DNA from: an uncultured Pelagibacteraceae bacterium
GTDB taxonomy: Bacteria; Pseudomonadota; Alphaproteobacteria; Pelagibacterales; Pelagibacteraceae
Direction of reading: 5' to 3'
Length of the DNA stretch: 64,000 nucleotides
Assembly: GCA_902545035.1 (NCBI GenBank)
Contig: CACCEJ010000005.1
Location: forward strand, 2,126-66,125
Below, piece by piece: positions 59,155-64,000 of this stretch; position 1 is the stretch's first letter; every line of letters starts with the position of its first letter. Both the position numbers and the translations under genes were made by a program. Under the pieces are notes generated by a model. It saw nothing but the letters and a program-made list of their open reading frames with translations, was not told where the DNA came from and made no database searches.

Positions 59155-60171
59155 ATGAATAAATTTAAGTCAATAAATAAAGCTTTATTAAGCTTTACAT
59201 TTGTTGTTTCATTTTTATTATCTTCTTCAACAGCGATTGCTGAGATAGTGGGAAGACTTTCAGTTCATTGGAGTCCTAAACACCACAGCGCAAAACATGC
59301 TCAAATATTTGCTGATGAAGTAAATAAAAGATCAAATGGAAAATTAAAAATAGAAGTTTACCCGTCAAAACAGCTTTTTGGAATTAGAGAGGTAATGGGT
59401 GCAGTAACTTCAGGTGCAGTAGAGCTTGGAGGTATAGTTGGGGTAGTAAGTTTCCCACCAATAAATAAAAATTTCAATGTTGCTTCTTTTCCAGGCCTTT
59501 TCAACTCGTGGGAACAACAAAGAGGTTTTTTTCAAAATTCAGCTAAAGGTAAAGAAATTTGGGGTGAATTAACAAAAAAAACAAATTCGACTTTAGTAAT
59601 GTACAATCCTGTTGGTCCAGTAATGTCAATTTCTAGTGCAAGAGAACTGACAGGTATTGATGCTATGAAAGGTTTGAAAGCTAGAAGATTGCTTAAAAGT
59701 GAGGAACCTATGTGGGATGCTCTTGGAGCTAATCGAGTCTCCTTAAAGACTGGTGAAGTATATAACGCTTTACAATCTGGAATGATTGATACAATAAATA
59801 GTCCTCCTGGAAGCATTAAAGCTTATAGTTGGTGGGAATTTTTGAAATACGCTCAAAAACCATATCAATATTATGCCGACGCTTATATTATGGCAAATTC
59901 AACTTGGTTTAATAGTTTACCAACAGATTTACAAAAAATAATTATGGATGTTGGTAAAGAAGTTGGGACTCTTTCAACAGATAGAATTATGGATCATGGT
60001 GAAAGTGTTCTAAAAGAATTCCAAGAAAGAGGAGGAGTAGTAACTACCCTATCAGGAGCTGAGAAAGCAAAGTTTGATAAGCTTATGAAAGATAAAGTTA
60101 TGCCTGCTATGGCAAAAATGATTGATGCTGATGCTTTAAAAGCAGCACAAGAGTACGCTAAAAATAATTAG
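59155..60171 (+). CDS. TRAP substrate-binding protein DctP
   Basis: Signal peptide, SNGKLKIEVYP, KGLKAR and GEVYNALQSG; strong RBS. Confidence 0.92.
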   Translation: MNKFKSINKALLSFTFVVSFLLSSSTAIAEIVGRLSVHWSPKHHSAKHAQIFADEVNKRSNGKLKIEVYPSKQLFGIREVMGAVTSGAVELGGIVGVVSFPPINKNFNVASFPGLFNSWEQQRGFFQNSAKGKEIWGELTKKTNSTLVMYNPVGPVMSISSARELTGIDAMKGLKARRLLKSEEPMWDALGANRVSLKTGEVYNALQSGMIDTINSPPGSIKAYSWWEFLKYAQKPYQYYADAYIMANSTWFNSLPTDLQKIIMDVGKEVGTLSTDRIMDHGESVLKEFQERGGVVTTLSGAEKAKFDKLMKDKVMPAMAKMIDADALKAAQEYAKNN

Positions 60172-60198
60172 AATAAGTTATTTGCTTTATCTATTAAA

Positions 60199-60690
60199 AT
60201 GAAAGCGTTGCGAGCAGTTAATAGTTATTTGGCTTCAGCCTCTTTAGCTCTCGCAATGCTAATTATTTTTATTATGGTTGCTGCATTATTTTTAAGTGCG
60301 GCCACCAGATTCATAACTGGTACTGGATTTGCTTGGTTTATAGAGTTGCCACCTGTTTTAGTTAGTTGGTTGGTTTTTCCATTACTAGGCCCTTTATTAA
60401 AAAAAGGACAACACATTAAAGTAGATTTTTTAACACCCATGTTATCAAAAACAAATAAAGAAATCTTATTTTTAATTGTAAACACAATCGCACTTATATC
60501 AGCTTGCATTTTCTTTAAAGCAGGTCTTGATGCAACAATAATGTATTTCAATTTAGGTCAAGTAATGGAAATTGAAATAAGTATTCCTATATGGTGGATG
60601 TTTTTAGCTTTCCCTGTGGGTTTCATGATATTAGCTTTAACCTCGATAGAGTTACTGTTTGATAACATTATAAATTTAATAAAAAATTAA
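60199..60690 (+). CDS. TRAP small permease DctQ
   Basis: Four TM helices with WFIE and HIKVDFL. Confidence 0.88.
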   Translation: MKALRAVNSYLASASLALAMLIIFIMVAALFLSAATRFITGTGFAWFIELPPVLVSWLVFPLLGPLLKKGQHIKVDFLTPMLSKTNKEILFLIVNTIALISACIFFKAGLDATIMYFNLGQVMEIEISIPIWWMFLAFPVGFMILALTSIELLFDNIINLIKN

Positions 60691-61956
60691 ATGTTTATAT
60701 TAGCATCTATCCTATCCTTGGCTGCTTTAATAATTTCTGTTCCTATTTTTTTAGTATTTGGTTTAGGTAGCTCTATAGCTGCTATTGGTGGACTAAATCT
60801 TCCTTGGTCTGTTTTAATTCAAGTATCTTTTGGAGCTTTAACAAAACATGTACTTATAGCGGTACCATTATTTATATTCAGTGGGATGGCGATGCTTAAA
60901 GGTGGTGCAGCACTAAGACTTGTAAGATTTGCAACAACTTTGGTTGGACATTGGCCAGGAGGTTTGGGTGTTGCAATGGTTATAGCGATGGGTTTTTTTG
61001 CAGCATTTTGTGGATCTATATTAGCTGCAATTACTGCAGTAGGTACAATCATGATGCCTAAAATGATTGAACAAGGTTACCCTACTCCATTTGTTGTCGT
61101 ACTAGCAGCATCAGCAGCTTTACTTGAAGCCTTAATACCTCCATCTAATGCAGCCATATTATTTAGTGCGCTTACTTACGTGCCTGTTTCAAAAACTTTC
61201 GCAGCTGGTGTAGTACCAGGTATTATACTTTTAATTTTAATGGTTATATTAGTACTATTTAAATGCAGACACATAAGAGCAGATAAAAAGGCAACCTTTA
61301 AAGAGAGATTAAGTTCTTTTATTGCAGCCCTTCCAGCATTAATAACCCCAATAATTATTTTAGGTGGTATATACGCAGGTTTTTTAACACCGTCAGAATC
61401 TGCAGCAATTGCTGGAGTTTATGCAGTGACAATAGGGTTTATAATTTATAGAGAATTAACTGTTTCATCTTTATTAATTTGCTTGAGAGATACTGCAATC
61501 ATTACTGCTGTGATATTTTCAATTATTGCTACAGCGACATTTTTAAGTGTTGTTCTTACTTATACTCAAGCCCCTCAAAAAATTATAACTTACTTCACAG
61601 ATATGGGTGTCAGTGTGAACTTATTCTGGATAATGCTAGGAACAATATGTTTAATTTTAGGAACATTTATAGAAATAGTTCCAGTATTTTATTTAACTGT
61701 TCCAATTTTTGCGGCTTTAACACTATCTTTTGATCAAAGTCTACTTCACTTATATGTGGTATTTGTCGCTTTTGCTGGCATTGGAATGATTACGCCACCA
61801 GTTTGTGTAGGAATATATACAGCCGCTGGTGTCATCAAGGAGAATCCTGCTAATGCTTTTAAAGAAGTTCCTTTGTTTACGATAGTTGGAATTATTTATG
61901 GAATATTAATGATTATATTTCCTAAATTTTCTACTTGGTTGCCAAGTTTACTCTGA
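60691..61956 (+). CDS. TRAP large permease DctM
   Basis: AVPLF, LIPPS, TPSES and GMITPPV motifs. Confidence 0.93.
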   Translation: MFILASILSLAALIISVPIFLVFGLGSSIAAIGGLNLPWSVLIQVSFGALTKHVLIAVPLFIFSGMAMLKGGAALRLVRFATTLVGHWPGGLGVAMVIAMGFFAAFCGSILAAITAVGTIMMPKMIEQGYPTPFVVVLAASAALLEALIPPSNAAILFSALTYVPVSKTFAAGVVPGIILLILMVILVLFKCRHIRADKKATFKERLSSFIAALPALITPIIILGGIYAGFLTPSESAAIAGVYAVTIGFIIYRELTVSSLLICLRDTAIITAVIFSIIATATFLSVVLTYTQAPQKIITYFTDMGVSVNLFWIMLGTICLILGTFIEIVPVFYLTVPIFAALTLSFDQSLLHLYVVFVAFAGIGMITPPVCVGIYTAAGVIKENPANAFKEVPLFTIVGIIYGILMIIFPKFSTWLPSLL

Positions 61957-61977
61957 AATTCATTTAACTATTTTAAT

Positions 61978-62880
61978 TTAATAATTTTTTTTAGCTTTTT
62001 CAAATTCTTCAGCGTTTAAGACTCCAGATTTATATAATTCTATTAGTTTATTTAAATCATTTATAAGATCTGTTGAATTTTCAATTGGAATTGAGGCCTT
62101 TAAGTCACCAAAATCTAATTTAAAATCTTTTGTCGCTTCAAGCTGATTTTCAAGAACACTATGTTCAATTGACATTTTTTTTGTCCATTCCTCAAAAAAT
62201 TTTTTCTTTAAAGGATAATTATTTATGTTGCTTCTATGATATTCGCTTGTTTCTTCAGTTTCAAACAACATATCATTAGCTCCGTACGCCTCTGGATTTA
62301 TTGACAGACCCATTGTTATAGCTTTATCTCTTTTATTAGAATAATAGACGCTCTGAAATCCTAGCATTATTTTTGGCAATATTAATGAATTATCATTTAT
62401 ATACTTTTTTAATCCTCCTGAAGAAGTATTCGTTGGGTCATCAGGGAAATAAAGTTCTTTGTTTGGATCTAAATGGCGGCTTATAAAACAATTAGAACTT
62501 GCTCCTTTAAATATAGCTTTCACATAAAAATATTCGGGTCTTAAATTACAACTATCGTATTTATTGTTTTGCCATTCATTTCTAAGCTCAGCACCAAGTG
62601 CTTGTCTCCATTTTCCACCACTTGTAATATAACAAGCAGAGAATGCTCCGTTAATTATTTTATTTTGAATATTTATAAATTTTATACAACCTAAACTAAA
62701 ATTTTGTAGGTGGAAGGGTTCTTTTGAATAATAAATCCATTCTCCATTTGGGAGTTTAAATTGTATGTTCTTCCAAGTAATTTTATTAGAATATTTTTCA
62801 TTTTTTTTTAATTTAGTATTAGCCGAGTAAGCTTCTGTTACAAAAGTGAAAAAAATAATAAATAAAAATAATAGCTTCAT
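61978..62880 (-). CDS. Secreted protein with C-terminal SHOCT domain
   Basis: Signal peptide and C-terminal LNKLIELYKSGVLNAEEFEKAKK. Confidence 0.75.
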   Translation of the reverse strand: MKLLFLFIIFFTFVTEAYSANTKLKKNEKYSNKITWKNIQFKLPNGEWIYYSKEPFHLQNFSLGCIKFINIQNKIINGAFSACYITSGGKWRQALGAELRNEWQNNKYDSCNLRPEYFYVKAIFKGASSNCFISRHLDPNKELYFPDDPTNTSSGGLKKYINDNSLILPKIMLGFQSVYYSNKRDKAITMGLSINPEAYGANDMLFETEETSEYHRSNINNYPLKKKFFEEWTKKMSIEHSVLENQLEATKDFKLDFGDLKASIPIENSTDLINDLNKLIELYKSGVLNAEEFEKAKKNY

Positions 62881-63074
62881 TTTTGTTTTTTAATTTCTTT
62901 TTCACAAATTATTCTGGCCTCTTCAGGTTGTAGATCCTTTTTTAATTTACTTTTTGCAATAACACAGGCTGAGATTGATTTTTTAATACTAAATTCTTCA
63001 TACTTACCTACGCTCATGAATAAAAATATTACAGCTGCCCCCAAAAATAGAATTAATTTATAATTTTTATACAT
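62877..63074 (-). CDS. Small hypothetical membrane-anchored protein
   Basis: N-terminal TM and two Cys; translationally coupled on both sides. Confidence 0.6.
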   Translation of the reverse strand: MYKNYKLILFLGAAVIFLFMSVGKYEEFSIKKSISACVIAKSKLKKDLQPEEARIICEKEIKKQK

Positions 63075-64000
63075 TAAGAAAATTGTTGATTTGGTAAAAC
63101 AATATTTAAATGGTAGTTAGGTTCTTTTTTTTGTTTCATAAGTGCGGGTATTATTTCTTTATAAGTTTCAAATAGTCCATTTTTAATTTCAGGTAATTGA
63201 TCTTTTAAATGAAAATGTAATTTTTCTAAATTATATGCCGGAACAGTTGGAAACATGTGATGTACACAATGATATTCCATTTTCCAATAAAGAAAACTTA
63301 AAATTGGATTTATTTTCATATCTCTAGCTGATAATCTGTGATCCTTCACATCCCTAGCCAATCCTGCATGTTGAGTAAATGCAACAAATTTATGTAAACC
63401 TTTTCCATAATAGTGAGGTAATAAAAGATACAGCACAGGTAACCAAGATGAAATTAATAGAGACCAGACAATTATAGATATCCATATTATAACGTAAATT
63501 CGTGAAATCAAAATTGCTCTCGGTATTGCGTTATCTGGTATACTATCAATCATAACTTTAGTTTTAATTCCTAAAGCATGTTTTATAATCTCATAAGCTA
63601 TACTTTTTTTAAAAAATAATAGTTCACCAAAAGGAATTAAATTCATTATTAATTTTTTTGGAGTGTCTTTTAAATTGTTATCGTATTCAATTTCATGATC
63701 ATATGGATTTTTTGTTGAGTATGTATTTCCATGATGAATAAAGTGTGTATATCTCCATCTTGTGGGTTCAAAATAAGCCATAAAACAAGAAATATAGTAA
63801 AAAAATTCGTTCAAAAATTTAGTTTTAAAAGCTGTCTTATGTCCCGTTTCATGCCAAATTGGATTACAAAAGCAAAAAATATTTCCATAAACATAAAACC
63901 AAAAAACTGACCACCAAGTTCCCCATGTATAATAAGATAATAATCCTACAAAAAATAAAAAACTAAAAAAAATACCTACATGAATAAATCCTTTAAGATC
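63074..64000 (-). CDS. Fatty acid desaturase-family membrane di-iron enzyme (MocD-like), 5' end outside the window
   Basis: Frame stays open to the window end; His boxes HETGH, HFIHH and HCVHH. Confidence 0.85.
   Translation of the reverse strand, partial: DLKGFIHVGIFFSFLFFVGLLSYYTWGTWWSVFWFYVYGNIFCFCNPIWHETGHKTAFKTKFLNEFFYYISCFMAYFEPTRWRYTHFIHHGNTYSTKNPYDHEIEYDNNLKDTPKKLIMNLIPFGELLFFKKSIAYEIIKHALGIKTKVMIDSIPDNAIPRAILISRIYVIIWISIIVWSLLISSWLPVLYLLLPHYYGKGLHKFVAFTQHAGLARDVKDHRLSARDMKINPILSFLYWKMEYHCVHHMFPTVPAYNLEKLHFHLKDQLPEIKNGLFETYKEIIPALMKQKKEPNYHLNIVLPNQQFS

Noticed and set aside
1561-61733. Short ORF-track entries antisense to or nested in long genes (e.g. 1561-1791, 20268-20606, 39795-40073, 46240-46524, 59532-59816, 60225-60551)
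   Set aside because: They are shadow ORFs of well-supported genes with no recognisable motifs.
63074-64000. Truncated or frameshifted desaturase (ORF track starts at 63814)
   Set aside because: Manual translation shows the frame is open to the window edge and includes the first His box, so the gene is simply cut by the window.

Overview
A very AT-rich, tightly packed alphaproteobacterial chromosome segment whose gene content and streamlined layout strongly suggest Pelagibacterales (SAR11); this taxonomy is inferred, not searched. It carries core genes (rpsD, cimA, cysS, nadE, class II DAHP synthase, glmS, a half-length glmU, nrdAB with tandem NrdR boxes, dusA, rpoZ, apt) and a prpDBC methylcitrate operon. 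Four solute-binding-protein transporters are present: two TRAP, one TTT and one basic amino acid ABC that lacks an ATPase gene. There is a candidate MatB-independent malonate cluster and a polyamine/MTA-salvage cluster (SpeD-SpeE fusion, MtnP, PhyH dioxygenase, MtnA, fused aldolase-SDR, apt) containing a decayed BKACE relic. The most striking non-coding structure is at tRNA-Met(CAT). A 1,099-bp integrase-less islet is bounded by a 62-bp direct repeat of the 5' part of the tRNA, carries paired GTGGACC repeats inside both ends, and appears to supply a replacement tRNA promoter. An AT-rich variable region follows it.
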